DNA from: Dimorphilus gyrociliatus
Taxonomy: Eukaryota > Animalia > Annelida
Direction of reading: 5' to 3'
NCBI GenBank assembly: GCA_904063045.1
Contig: CAJFCJ010000014.1
Span: forward strand, 124,001 to 188,000
Length of the DNA stretch: 64,000 nt
Shown here: positions 1 through 14,057 of the stretch, one piece after another
Layout: every line of letters starts with the position of its first letter
How positions within the stretch are numbered: the stretch's first letter is position 1
Notes under the pieces: model-generated
What the model was told of the DNA's origin: nothing
Database searches by the model: none
The model's input: only the letters and a program-made list of their open reading frames with translations
Position numbers and translations under genes: made by a program

Positions 1-2170
1 TCAAACATCTATTATCAAATATATTATATATGTTTATAAAACAAGACTGTTAAAAGAGTATTCTGTACTAAATGCCCCGCATTTCTATCCAAACAATCAA
101 GCCAAACTCGCAGCCTGTCAAGTTTATAGAGATGAAAAACTTTCAAGACGATGGCGTTTATCATTCGATTAGATCGAGAAATGAGTTACAGGTTTGTATG
201 CTTCAATTTCTCTCCCTCTCGTTTTTATGTTTTTAATTCCAATCCTCCATCATCTACAGTCCGATCCAATGAATACAACGCAACTACCTCCGGATTATCT
301 CAACTCTTTCTACACTCAATACGAGAACCACGATTTACAAAATATTTAGTAAAGTTGGAGGGAGAACATGCGCCAACAGACACTTTTTTAATCTCGATAT
401 AGATCCCCTTGAAACGAGGCTGTAAAGAGGAGACGACTGGATGAATAGTTGACCAAAGACAATTCAGAAGGCGTCTCCGTAATAAATCTACTAACACTAA
501 TACTATTAAAGCTAACATATATAGATATCACTAATCATTGAATAAAATTATTTCATTATCTCTACTTTTGCTCTTCTCTCTTTGACAACTTTTAAGCGGT
601 TCAGAAGAAACTTTACGCCATCTATAGGAGAGAAGAAAAATGGAAAAATAGATACTGTAATGACGACGACGATGACGATGTAGGAGATAATGAAAAAGGA
701 CTGAGTATATTTCGTTCCTCTTATGATCGAGGAAGGGAAAAAGAAAACAGAATTGACGAGGAAATGAGTGATGAAAAGAGGCAAAAATTGAAAAAAAAAG
801 GATAAATATTAATGATATAAAAACTGTAAAAAGGGAAAAAGGCATAGCAAACAACAATAATAGCAAAAAATATGGTTTAAAAGGTTTTAGTTCGGAAGTT
901 GTTTTTTTTTTCCTATTGATTTATAGAAATGATTTACGGGGTATATTGCATGATTAATATGGAGCGTTAAGAGAGAGAGAGAGAGAAATTACCATGAGGT
1001 CCTTTTTTCTCTCTCTCTTTCTTCATTCATTCACTCACTATTTCCCTTTCTCTTCTCTTATTTATCCTCTTTTACTTTCCTTTTCTTTCGTTATATTAAG
1101 AAGGTTAGATTAGTTTTGTTATTATCTATAGAGTAGGTTCAAGTACCAGTATGCTTATAAGTTACATACAGTATATTCTATAGCAGTATACCCGATATAG
1201 TTGCATAAAGTAAATACTCTTTTACACTCGAATCAAGGAAAGGAAGTATATAAAGTGTGTCAAGTAGCAAACTACTCGAAGTAAAGGAGCAAACGAAAGA
1301 GAGAGAGAGAGAGAGAGAGGAGTGTGGGTGACAGAGTATCTATGATTTATTAAAGAAGATTTGCCGAGTTAGTTAGCTAATTAGTTGTCGTGTAGGAGGT
1401 CCCACCTTATAACACATATAGATCGCTATGCAGTGTTATACTTTTTCCTTTCTCCAAAGAACAAATGTGCAAAAGAAATACAAAGAAATACAAAGCCAAT
1501 GCATAGATTGTATGGAAAATAAATCAAAGAAGAGTACAACAACTCTAAATTTCAAATAGACTTTTTAACCGTTTCACGAAATAATAAAGTAGAGAGAGAG
1601 AGAGAGAAAGAGAGAGAGAATGAACGAGGGTGTTGAAATGTACAACAAATCTTTCCGCTATTACGATAGTTTTACAATTGATTTCCAATGTTGATTTAGA
1701 TAGATGAATAAAAGAAAAATTCTGGAAAAAGGAAAAAGTAATTTATTCAATTTGTCTTTCTTTTTTTCTAAAAGAGAAAAAAGAAGATAGATACCTCTAC
1801 GAGTTGAAGAAGAAAGGAAAGAAATGTACAGTTTGGGGGGACGGGAGTGAGGGAAATAGGCGGCTACAATAGACCGAATGAACTATGCGGGAATTGGAAT
1901 AAGAGGGAGCGAGCGAGAGAGAGAGAGAGAGAGAACGATACCCGCCCTTTCTTCCAAAAAATAAAATAAGGAAGAAAAGTAACGCCCCCCTCCCCTATAT
2001 CGTCATAGTAGATGGGCTGATATCAAATAGGTGGAACATTAATATTAATTTAGTTAGACGCCATATTTAATCATGCAATAAATGTCAATAACCTCACCGC
2101 TTTAATTGTGTACACATTTACAAAGTCGATAGTCTCTATACACTTCCCATTCATTTCGACTAGGGGAATA

Positions 2171-3457
2171 ATGAGCTGTGCCGTTACGAAGGCTTTTCAA
2201 GAAAAAAGGTACAAGCAAGCCGGCATTCTACTAGAACTGGGTTTTGACAATTGTTACCAAGACGAAAAGGATGGAAGGAACGTATTGCACAAATGCGCGC
2301 TTGTAGACGTCAACGATAGGAGAGAAGTTTTAAATCTTATAAGTATATTGATAAAAAGAAAGGGTTCGGATCTTGTAAATTCAAGAGATAAATTCGGTAA
2401 GACTATTCTTCATTTGGCGTTAGAGAACGAATACTTTTCAGCCGTGAAACTTTTACTATCTTCCGACTTGGTTGATTTGACGGTTGCCGACAACAATGGA
2501 TACACTGCCCTTCATTTATGCTCTGAAAGAGGATACACAAAGCTAACAAGCTTTATTGTTAAACGAATGACCAAATATAGACTTTCGATAGACCAAAGAA
2601 CAAAAGACAAGGGTATGACGGCCTTGATGCTGGCTTGTTCTAAAGGAAATTTCAATATTGCCAAAATATTATACGTCGACGGAAAAGCGTCGACAACGAT
2701 GAGAGACGACGTTCAATTTCAAAACGCTAAAGAGATATTGGAAACTTTCGTTGGTGGTAAATGTTGCAGAGACTTTCTAGAAGTTCTAGAAGAGAATCTT
2801 AAACTTAAGCAATTGCCTATGAGAAGGTGTAAATCGGCGAGAACGCTGTACCATCCACAAACAATTACGGCAACGTTAGACTGCTCATCATCCCACGATA
2901 AAGACAGCAATAATAATTGTAACAATAGAAATAAAACTGCAGGTACAAATCATGTTCTGGATAGGCCGAAAACGGCGTCGGCCGCCTATAAAAGAGCTCA
3001 ATTCCACTATGTATTTGGTTTATATAGCGATGTTTGTTCGACTTCTTATACAACCGCCTTTAAAGTGGAGGAAACTTTTGAACAAATTCCCAAGAAATCT
3101 TTAACTATCGACAAAGCCGAAAAACTTTCGTCTGCTAAAATGAAATTACAAAATTTGATTAAATTAAAGAAATCAAATACTTTATTCAATACTGTTAAAC
3201 AATTAAAAACTCGAAATAGGTCAGAATCTACAAGACATTCAAGTCAATCGTCCATTTTTAGTACTGAAAGCGCAAAAAAGCATTCCCCCAATAAACATAA
3301 CAGCAATCATGATGTTGTTAGGAATATTTGGAAGAAAACTCTATCCTTATCATCAACCAAAAGCGAACCTATTCCGCACACTAACCTCCTTAAGAAAATT
3401 GTTAAATTACGTCATACAGCCTCCGACGACAATCAAGCCGACAACGTTTTTGATTGA
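2171..3457 (+). CDS. Intronless ankyrin-repeat protein (~428 aa): about 4 N-terminal ANK repeats and a basic low-complexity C-terminal half
   Basis: Long uninterrupted ORF (first ATG 2171). Ankyrin motifs: GRNVLHKCA, FGKTILHLALENEYFSAVKLLL, NGYTALHLCSERGYTKLTSFIV, KGMTALMLACSKGNFNIAKIL. Confidence 0.9.
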   Translation: MSCAVTKAFQEKRYKQAGILLELGFDNCYQDEKDGRNVLHKCALVDVNDRREVLNLISILIKRKGSDLVNSRDKFGKTILHLALENEYFSAVKLLLSSDLVDLTVADNNGYTALHLCSERGYTKLTSFIVKRMTKYRLSIDQRTKDKGMTALMLACSKGNFNIAKILYVDGKASTTMRDDVQFQNAKEILETFVGGKCCRDFLEVLEENLKLKQLPMRRCKSARTLYHPQTITATLDCSSSHDKDSNNNCNNRNKTAGTNHVLDRPKTASAAYKRAQFHYVFGLYSDVCSTSYTTAFKVEETFEQIPKKSLTIDKAEKLSSAKMKLQNLIKLKKSNTLFNTVKQLKTRNRSESTRHSSQSSIFSTESAKKHSPNKHNSNHDVVRNIWKKTLSLSSTKSEPIPHTNLLKKIVKLRHTASDDNQADNVFD

Positions 3458-4765
3458 GTGGTTCGTTTTCTACTGGAAGTTGAGGATAGGAAAGAGGAAA
3501 AAGGAAGTAAGGAAGTAAGGGAGGAAAGGATGAAGGGATGAAAGGATAAAGGGAGGAGCAGTAGAAAGGCAAAGAAAAGTGGAACGACGATGGTAGAGAT
3601 GAATGATAGAGGAATAAGGAAACTTTATTTCCTATTTGCTATATCTCTCTTTCTCTTTCTCTCTCTCTCTGTCTCCTTATCTATTCACGCTTATCTCTCT
3701 ATTCATACACAATTATATCTACCTAATGATGTGTACGAACGTATATCTTGCTTTCTATTGTCTTCCCCTTTTTTAAAGATTTGCTAACCAACAAATATAA
3801 CAATTGATAACAAGTTGAAAATAAACTGATACAATCTATTACAGTATATTAGTATATGAAAATATATCTGAAGGCTGTAGATTAACTTATTAAATGGATT
3901 AGAAAGGCCTAATTGAGGGCGGATTACAAAAAGTTTACTCGAACTAAACATTTAAAAGATTCAGTCAATTTGTAAACAATCACTGTAAATATTTACAAAA
4001 TCTATTCATATACAAGTTATAGAGTCTAACCATTTTTCAGCAGACAGTTTTCAACATCTCTACATAACAATACATTTACTGTATACAATATTATTCCCCT
4101 TTTATCAATATCCAATTGATTTCTATATACATGATATAGGCTGAAATAATTGATAATTAACACCTGATATATTTCTCTTTACACTTTTAGTCAAGGAAAA
4201 AAATGACAAGGAGTGTCTCCCCTTTTAATCTTATTAAAATGTTTTCTCTTTTTTCCTTCCTTCTCTCTATCAGTCTGCCTATTCCTCCCTCGCTCCTTGC
4301 GACACTTTCCCCTTGTCTTTTTCTTCCCAACCGCTTCCTCTTTGTGCGAATACCTTTAAACGTTTATCGATTTGTTTATATAGAAGAAAGGATAAAATGA
4401 CAACTTTTCCGCTATCCAATAATTACTTTTTACGACATCACCGAATAATAATCGCTTATGAATATAAATGAATACAATATATACTTGATATCTTTGTCTT
4501 TCTTCCCCCTCCTACTTACAAGCTCCCTAACCCTCACAGCAAACACCTAGCAAAATAATCCCTTCTATTAGGTCGTTAATTTATTTAGCAGCGTCACTTT
4601 TAACATCTAACAAATCTATACGAATGGTATCAGCTTTTATTCATAGTTATTTCATAATAATTACAAATTAGCGGTAAGACTATGAATTATCGATGAAGGG
4701 ATTGAGCTCTAAAGTATATGTATGTAAAGATATACATATATACATATACTGTATACTGTATAGAC

Positions 4766-4800
<35 letters not shown>

Positions 4801-5000
4801 TACGTATAGTGCGTTTAGACTACCACACAAAAGCCTCGCACAACGGCGTCTAATCTATAAATCATATAGATATAAAGGTTAGCAGTTATATTTCAAAAGC
4901 GCCTGCTCAATTTAGCAATTTGTTAATTTTTTAAAAAGTAGATTATTCTTGCTCTTCCTGGGAAATTCCAATATTTGCGTACCAGTGACGCTTTTCTATT

Positions 5001-5042
<42 letters not shown>

Positions 5043-5314
5043 ATATATAGGTTTTTCTAACTCTCAGCACGAGTTTGGAGCATATTTCAATTTTTTTCCC
5101 ATTGAAAAAGATCAATAAAAGGATATTAAATGTTAGAAATCAGTGGAAAAGTTAATTGTGATATAATTAAGGCGGCACTTGGATACAAACATTTACGTAG
5201 ATGTTATAAAAAAACAACGACAAAGCGCAAGCACATTAAAAAAAAAAAAGAGACGCCTATCTCGTTAAATTTAAATTTTTAAAAATATTACGAATATGTT
5301 AGTAAAGAGTCATT

Positions 5315-7537
5315 TTAAAGTTTCTCAATCCTAAGATTAATGCCATTCAACGACTTGAGAATTAATTGAAATGACATTTTTGGTTCTTTTCCATCGATTT
5401 TGTGAAATCTAAAATTCTTCAGGAGGACAGCCATAACAATTTTCATTTCATTCATTGCAAAATTTTGTCCAATGCAGTTTCTATGGTCGATAAAAAAAAT
5501 ATGATATAATAGATAAAATGAAATATTTATATTCTAGTCGTGTGGGGCGTCTAACCTTGGTCCTGCTGAAAATGCTACGAAAGCGAATGGATCTCTTTTA
5601 TTTTTGCTATCCTTCAAATGTCTATCAGGATCGAATATTTCTGGATTTGGCCATTCTTCTTCATCTCTTTGAATGGCGAAGATAGAAAGACTTACGGGCG
5701 TTCCTACGTTTATCTTTTGCCCATTACTTAGAGTTTTTTCTTCCGTAACCTGCCTAGAGACGAATGGAACAGGTGGAGAAAGCCGTAGGCTTTCCCTTAT
5801 CACTCGAGTCAAATAGGATAGTTTTGAAAGATCGTCCCTAAAAGGAATAAGGAGATTATCAGTGAGGAAATAACCTTTATTTTCCCTACCATTCAAGATT
5901 ATCCGATCCTTTCTCTTCAAATATCATCAATACTTCTCTCCTGGCCTTTTCTTGAATTTCTGGGTTGTTGGCCAGATTATAAAGACACCAAGATAAACCG
6001 GAAGCCGTAGTATCATGCCCTTCGAACATAAACGTATCAACTTCATCAGCTATTTCTTGATCAGTTAGACCTATTCCGTTGTCATCCTTGAAAGAGAAAA
6101 GAAGAAGATTAATATTAGGCCAATCCTAAAAGTAGGAAAAGAATAGAATACAAACCCTTGCCGAAAGGAGGATATCGATAAAATCCAGATATTTACCTTT
6201 CTTGGCTTCTTTCTAAGAAAAGATGGCTTAAAGTTAATGGAGGAGGACTCGGAGGAGGAGGAGGAAGAGGAGGAAGAGAATTAGAAAAGCGAAAGTTTAA
6301 TTACCTTTCCATTGGACAATTTTTTCTTCTTCTGGGAAATAATTCCTTTGGTGAACGAATGAAGAACGTAAAGGTGATAAAATCGCTTTATACCACTCGG
6401 AGTCAGGTGGTAGAGAAAAGGAATGCTCGAAAATACCGAAGTGATCCTTCTTGAGGTGAGAAAGGTTATTCTTTCAACAGCTTGTAGATAAGGATGAGTA
6501 GTTCTGTTCAATATATAAGATACGTACAGTATTATACATTATACATTGTAATATAATAATCGTGTAATGTCGTTTGATAATATTTGTTTGAAAGGTTAGA
6601 AATTAGGTTTACTTCGACAACTGACAATTGGTATGTTCACCAAAAATACACTGGAGAAGAGAGTCCAGAGTCATTAGGCCAACATCGTTAAAAGCTTCAA
6701 TGTTATCCTTTCCATCATCGATAGATTTTGACCATTTGTCCTTTTTCGAGAGAAGGTAATGATTAAATTGAAAAATTTGTTTGAATAAGGAAAAGAGAAA
6801 GATAGAGGAATAGAGAGAATGCTTAACAGTTTTATATAAAATGTACGTACGACAAGAACATTAGCGCATTCGTTAAACACGAAAGCGTATGGTTTCAAAA
6901 TGTCGTAATGAAAGGCCGGCGTTAGTAGCCGTCTGTTTCTGAACCATTTCGCTCCCTGACTCAATAAGAGACCATCTCCAAGCCAATCTCTAACAAAACC
7001 GTAGATTTTAGGATCCTTGGGCTCTGTGAAATCGGCGAATAGTACAGGTGTGTTTTATATATTGAAGAGATTGTAAATACCATTTGACATGAATATCTCT
7101 TTCGCAAGAGACGCCTTTCCAACAACAACACGAATGTAACTTGGCCCGAATTGAATCCAGTAGAGGCCATTGAATTTTTTGGACCATTTGATTACCTTTT
7201 CGGGTACTTTTTCCTTATCCTTAAACTATGGATCAAAGAAAACGAAGTAGCTAGTTGTCGACTATTTGATGACTTAATGATCTAAGTGTATTTGTTTTAC
7301 CTGAGCGATTGTTCCAAAGAACCAATTTCCTGGCGGAGAAGGGATATTTTTGCATTGCTCCCTATTTCTCTTAATTAGGAAGAAGGTCGAAAGGATACTC
7401 TTTGAAGTTGTGTAAATTAAATAAATCGCTGCCGAGTATCCAAATATTTTAATTAGACGCTCTTTAAGCGTTTCCAGATCAATGTCGTTGATAGTTTCAT
7501 TGATGAAGTTGAAACCTTTTGCAACCGACCTGTCCAT
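5315..7537 (-). CDS. Cytochrome P450 family 4 (CYP4-like), copy 1, multi-exon, apparently intact
   Basis: Spliced exons in consistent phase give [30 protein letters not shown], the I-helix [14 protein letters not shown]-helix RESLR, FDPDRH and heme motif FSAGPR|NCIG. ATG 7537, stop TAA 5315-5317. Confidence 0.93.
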
Positions 7538-8215
7538 CTTAATGTTTTAGCTTAATCTCTTCAAAGCCGATAACCTGTGAAACAGATTGCTCATAAATAC
7601 ATTTTGAATTGCCTTCCGATATGAGCGATAAAATAGTAAATTAGTAGCCTATAAATTCTTTTATTCATCTAGCCGATAAAAGTATAGATATAGGAAAGAC
7701 AAAAAGCAAAATAGCCAATAATTACCAAAGTGATCTTTATTGTTTCATGAAAAGATTGCAAATTAACTAATGCTTTAATGGTTGAACAGACGAAATTCCT
7801 CTGATCAGGTCCAAGGGCAAAATATGGGTTATTTCTCTTTTCAATATTAACAATACTAGAAAGTCTTTCATTAGACAAAAAATTGTTAACAATAGAAAGA
7901 GAAGGAGTAGAATAGTACGAAGGGAAAGACGAAAAAAAAGAGAGAAATAGAAGAGAAATATTGGAATAAATGAATATATTCAACTCGTATCTTTAAAAAA
8001 TACTGTTCAGCATTATGCAATGCTGACTAGGTCAAACATACAAAATATATACATATGGTAGGCTTACGTGTTGTATTTTTTGGGAGATGATAACACTGCA
8101 ACTTTTTATTCTTTAATAAAAGATAAAGGTGTTTAATTGGTTAATATTCTTTTTATCTATCTCTTTATTGAATTTATTAGCATCGAATCGTGTTAAAATT
8201 GATCAGGCATAGGCG

Positions 8216-8260
8216 GATAGATAGATAGATAAAAAGATAGATAGATAGATAGATAGATAG
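8216..8260. repeat. (GATA)n microsatellite, interrupted
   Basis: Direct tandem gata units. Confidence 0.85.
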
Positions 8261-9686
8261 AGAAAGGACAGACAGTCGGACATACATACGTACGTACATA
8301 CAGAGTGTTTTTATACTGTATTGCTTAACAGCTGATAACACTATTGCTCACGACCTCTAACAATTAAAATATTTAAGAACTCTTCCACTCAGCCCAGCAT
8401 CAAGGCCTAGCTATTGTCAAGTTGATTATATTAGATGATATTATTGCTATTCGTTTGTTTGTACTCTTCCATCTCTTAACAATATATTCATCTGTTGAAC
8501 GTCGACTTTATTTCAAGGAATTCAAAACAGTATGGATTGTTTTATTGCTACTAATGCGAAATCACCCTTATGAGTAGTTTCCATTACAATCTTGTTCGAA
8601 ATTGAAGGGAGAATGGGAAAGGAGGTTAGAAGGAGAACGGAAATTTGTATAGAGAAAAGAGGAGAATACGAGTAAATATTGCTTAGAAATATGTTCAGAG
8701 TCTAATATAGCAATACCCCTGAAATGAGAATGATAGGTTAAAGGAAGCAATATAGAATTAAGAGACTGAACTTTCTTACATGTGATAAAGGAACGAGGGA
8801 GTTGGAGGGCGTCGATTTCTCAATTGCGTTAAATCATTGCTTAAAGCAATACTATTTGCCAACAATTCTTTTAGATTACTATACATAAATTTATCTTTTG
8901 TATCTGCATTTTGATTAAACGAATAAAGGGATAATCTGAAAGATAATTCCCACTTCCTACTTAGAGACTGTTCCGTCTTACTCACCCGAAATTCAAGTTT
9001 ATATTGCGCAATTTTTCTTGTTTTTGTCGACGAATGTCTTGTCGTTTCTAACATTGATTGGTTGATTGATTGCTGAGTTAACAACAGTGGACGATACTGT
9101 TTAAAAGTCTCGTAGTTGACTTAAGTAACCCTAACAGTCTATTCTAATTGGCTGAATAAAAATAGGTCAACAGGTTTTCTCAATAAAAAAAAAATAGCGA
9201 CCACATATTTTGAGTATAGGAGAGTTTTTTGTTGTACTAGTCTAAGAACTGACCTTGACATTATAATCGAAGAAGAAAAGAAGAGAGAAGAGTTAAAACT
9301 CTAACCACTTTAAAGTAAACAAACTAAAAGTAGAAGAATATAATATTTAAGCAGTTAATAATTAATAGTCGAAGCTATTATGTAATTTTTTTTCAGCTTG
9401 TATAAATAGACTATAAATTGCTTTTGTCGCTTCTCCAAACATCTCTTACTCTCCTTCCATTTTCCTTAAATTTTCCGCTCAGTTTCACTCCGTTCATGTT
9501 GAATTTGATAGACGGAGATCAATAGATAAATGCATAAATGATCAAATCAATCCGTTTTTAACTTATTAAAGAATAACGCTTTTCTTCTTCTTCTTCTTCT
9601 TCTTCTTCTTCTCCAGGTCAAATATATTTCATTTTGAATTTTCTTTCCCTTGTTTGCTTATATTTCTATATATACTGCCTATAGGC

Positions 9687-10830
9687 CTACAGTGAATTTG
9701 CGGTAATTTCTTTACCAGGTTGTTTCATTTTGCTTTTATTGATATTATTATTCTCGATAATATTCAATCTGTTGTACTTTGATAACCTTTCAACTTGAAT
9801 GTTGATTCCATTTGAAGAATTCAAAACAATATCGATAATCGGTATGGGATCGACCAAAGGTTTTAATCTAAAATTCTTAAGGATAATGGCCAGTGAAGTT
9901 TTCATTTCTGCTAATGCAAAATGTTGTCCTATACAATTCCTGGAAGGAGGGAAAGAGAGAAAAATTGCCTGTTACTTTAATTGATATAAACGGATGGCTT
10001 GTAGAATGTTACCTTGGTCCGGCCGAAAATGGTGTAAAGGCGTAGGGATGTCGATCGTTAGTTTTATCGAATCTACTGGGATTAAACTTTTCTAGTTCAT
10101 CCCATACATCTGGATCTTTGTGGATGGCGGCGATATTTATATCAACGGCCATACCCTTGGGTAATACCATTCCATTTTCCAACCTTCTATCCTTGTCTAA
10201 CTGTCTTGCAATAACGGAAATAGGAGGGTTGATCCTCAGGCTCTCTTTTAGTGAATTCGTTAAGTAGGTTAATTTTGATAAATCATCCCTATTAATGATT
10301 AAAATAAAGATAAAGTGGTGTTTAGAAGTAATGTTTACTTCTTCCAAGGGTAATTCAAGGTTATACAATAATAAGACATGTTTACTAAAGATGAGATAAT
10401 ATCATATATTTATTTACCAAGTTTATTGGAAGAGCCTATAACATTCACTACTTCTCTTGGATTTGTGGATGCTCAGCCAAGTTATTATACAAAGCGAACG
10501 AAAGCGCCGAAGCTGTAGTATCATGAACGGCAAACATAAACGAATCAACTTCGGCGGCAATTTCCTTATCAGTCAAGCCGTTACCATCTTCGTCCTAGAA
10601 GAGAGGGAGAGAGTTAGATGAAGTAGAAAAGGAAGAGACGAAGATATTTGAAAGCTAAACTACGAACTTTTTGCAGACAAGAGAATATCAATAAAATCCA
10701 AAAATTTCCGATTTGGATTTTTTTGGTTGTGGAATATTGCGAGAATCTTTTCCAACTTGTCTTCGATGGCCAATAAAGGAAAGCAAGTGTTTTATTGCAG
10801 TAGTAAGAAGATATAAGAATATCGAATAAA
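9687..10830 (-). pseudogene. CYP4 partial duplicate (3' half only), pseudogene
   Basis: Recognisable exons: [12 protein letters not shown]; [27 protein letters not shown]; KESLR...FSAGPR; NCIGQHFALAEMK. The I-helix exon has in-frame TAG-TGA at 10445-10450 after a ~13-nt deletion, EG is changed to AV, the upstream exon is frameshifted, the normal stop is lost, and no 5' exons are recognisable before copy 3's stop at 11482. Confidence 0.85.
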
Positions 10831-11481
10831 TAACAATCCAAGTAGTGGAATAACCGTTAAGAAATAAAGAGAGATATATGAATTTTGATTATTTGTTAAT
10901 GAAAAGGTAAGGAATTTTTCTATTGTTACCAGGAAAATTGAAAACAGTTTTAAGCTGCTTAGTTCCTTAAAGTTGTTCCAACAGCGTACATCAATCATTT
11001 TTGTTTCAACTGCAAAAAATCGCTGTAGCTGGCGTCTTTAATGAAATAATCAGATTTAGGAGAGGACCAGCTACATATTTACCTATTTATACGTTTAAAT
11101 CTATGAGAATACTTCATTTTGATTGATTAATTAAAAATAGAATACTAGCGACAAATAGTTGAGAACAATTAAAAAACTATATATGAATAGAATAAATGGT
11201 TCTAGTACATGTGTTGTTTTGTCATTTGAAATTAATAACACTATAATATTGATAGATTCAACATTTAATCTTTTAATTATATTGTATTTATAAGGAAGAA
11301 GGCAACTAAACATAGGATTAGAATGACAGAGAACTAACTAAACAAATTAAACATCTACAATTCTTTGACAGTAATTGTCTTCTAAGTATTTGTAGCCTTC
11401 TTCTTCTTCCTCATCATCTTCTTCATCCTTCCTTCCTTCCTTTCTTCCTTCCCTCCCTCTTTAACCTCTTTAAATTTTTGT

Positions 11482-14057
11482 TTAAAGCGCTTCAACTTGA
11501 ACGTTTATTCCATTGGATGAACGCAAAACAAGATCAAAGATAATTTTGGGATCGTTTATTGGTTTCAATCTAAAATTCTTTAGTATAATTGCCAATGTTG
11601 TCTTCATTTCGGCCAAAGCGAAATTTTGACCTATACAATTTCTGAAAAATGATAAAAAAAGAGATTAAAAATGAACTGCAACTATGAAAGTAAATAATTA
11701 GAGAGAAAATGAAACCTTGGTCCGGCGGCGAATGGTACAAAAGCGTACGGATGTCGACCAGTAGAGTCAGCGAATCTATCCGGATCGAATTTCATTGGTT
11801 CCTCCCAAACTTCATCGTCCATGTGAATTGAATACATATTGATAGATACGGCAGTTCCTTTCTTCAGAACGAGGCCGTTACAGAGTTTCCTATCCTGAGT
11901 CATTTCCCTAGCAATAATCGGTACAGGAGCGTGAACTCTCATGCTTTCCTTAAGGGTATTCGTTAAATAGGTCAGCTTGGGTAAATCATTCCTAGAAAAG
12001 AGGATAAAACACATTAGACTGAATAATAGAGCTTGGAAAACGTGCCAAATTCGTACTTTATCTTTATTCCTATTGGTATTAACAATAAACGATTCTATAT
12101 TAACATCTCTAAAAAAATACAGCAAAATATTCGACTGCTAGGCCTACTATATACAGTATACAGTATAAGAAGAACGTCTATGATTCGTAGCCATACATTG
12201 TTTATCATATATAAATATCCTATGTATAGTATTTAATACATCATTATTACCAGGAAATGTTGTCAGATGAACCCATAACTTCCATTACTTCCGCTCTACA
12301 TCTTTCCTGTATTTCAGGGTATCTAGCTAAATTATAGAGAGCGAAAGAAATACCGGAAGCTGTAGTGTCGTGTCCTTCAAACATAAATGTATCAACCTCG
12401 GCGGCAATCTCTTTATCAGTCATTCCTTTACCATCTTCATCCTTTTGGAAGAGAGAGAAGAGAGAATAAGAGGAGGAGAACTATAGATGAAAAAGAACAC
12501 TTACCCTAGCCGATAAGAGGATATCGATGAAATCGATAAATTTCGTCTTCTTTGGCTGACTTAGGTTTGACTTTTTATCAGCTATAACCTTTCTGGTAAA
12601 TGAATGCAGTCTGTTTAGATTCATATAGTACCTCCATCCAGTAGGTGTAAGACAAAAGAGTAGATGAATCATCAGTATTGGATTGTGAAATTTGACGTTC
12701 AAGCATTCTGCAATATTCCTTATGGCTTCCAAGTATGGATGATTTTCGCTGTTGAAAAAGAATTGAAGAGTAAATTAAAGAAAAAGTCTACAATCGAAGG
12801 AAAAAGAGAAGAAAGGATAAAGAGAGAGAGAGAGAAGGGGGGGGGCGGGAGGGGAGAAATGCGACAGGAGACAGATAGAAGAAGATATATATATAGACTA
12901 TATATAATTCATACTTTTTCATTTGGCAATTCGACGTTATACCGAATATACATTTCAATAAAGAATCCAACGTCATTAAACTGATGTTCTGGAACATTTC
13001 GTATTTTCCATCTTGACCATTTTTTATTGCTCTACGCCATTTGTTCTGCATAGAAAATGCATGATTAAAAAGTATTAGTGGTATAGGAACAAATTCAATT
13101 AAGGTCTTTGATAAATGAGTAACCCGACCAAGACTCTTGGGGAAAATGACGCAAAAGGATTGAAACTTACACATAATGTATTAGAACATTCGCTAAACAC
13201 TTCCACGTATGATTTGAGAATGTCATAATGAAAGGCGGGCGTTAGAAGACGTCGATTTCTAAACCATGTAGAGCCTTTACTTAAAAGTAGGCCGTTTCCA
13301 AGCCATTCCTCGAGAAATCCGTAAACGAACGGGTCCTTTGGTTCTGCGTTAAAAGGGAAGCCATGTTATAGAACGATTTAAAATACCCCTAAAAGCAAAA
13401 TATCTCCAGCCCGGCTGCCTCCCTGCCTCTGCTTACCCGACGAATTGAGAATGTCCTTGGCATACTTTGCTTTTCCCAGAGATAATCTCGTATAAAGAAA
13501 ACCAAATTGTAGTTTGTATAGGCCATCGTACTGTTCATGCCATTTTCTTAGACAGATGGGAAGATCTTCCCTCGCAGCAAACTGTAAGATTTATTAAGGG
13601 ATAATAAGAGATTATATCGACAGCATTAAAAGAAGACTACTTACGTGATGATCGTGTCCACCTAGAAAATGCTCCGGAGGTGATGCGACACCTTTGAATT
13701 GACGACGGTTTCTTATTTTATATTGGGTGAACGAAATGGATTTTCTAAAGCCAAGGGAGGCGATGTAAATGCCCACCGAATAGGCTACAATTTGCCTAAT
13801 TGTAAATTTCTGTTAAAGAGCAATTAAAAAGGGAAATTAAGGATGTTAAAGAGAGAAGATTAAACGAATAATATAGAATTTTCGACAGTAAAGATAGTGT
13901 AACAAATAACAGTAACATTGTATTGTTATAAATATAGAGACAGTAAACAAACCTCAAGTAAACTATACAATTTGGAATCTTTCAATTGTTCGATAAAGAA
14001 ATTTCCATATTCTTCAATAAACTCTTTACCGATTTCAATAATTGAATTATTCAACAT
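11482..14057 (-). CDS. Cytochrome P450 family 4 (CYP4-like), copy 3, multi-exon, apparently intact
   Basis: ATG 14057 ([10 protein letters not shown]). Exons give [54 protein letters not shown] and FAAGPR|NCIG. Stop TAA 11482-11484. Confidence 0.93.

Noticed and set aside
72-349. Possible two-exon ORF (72-191 + 260-349, ~69 aa) with an intron-like 192-259
   Set aside because: It is short, has no recognisable homology and competing frames exist. It may be the tail of a gene outside the window, which cannot be supported here.
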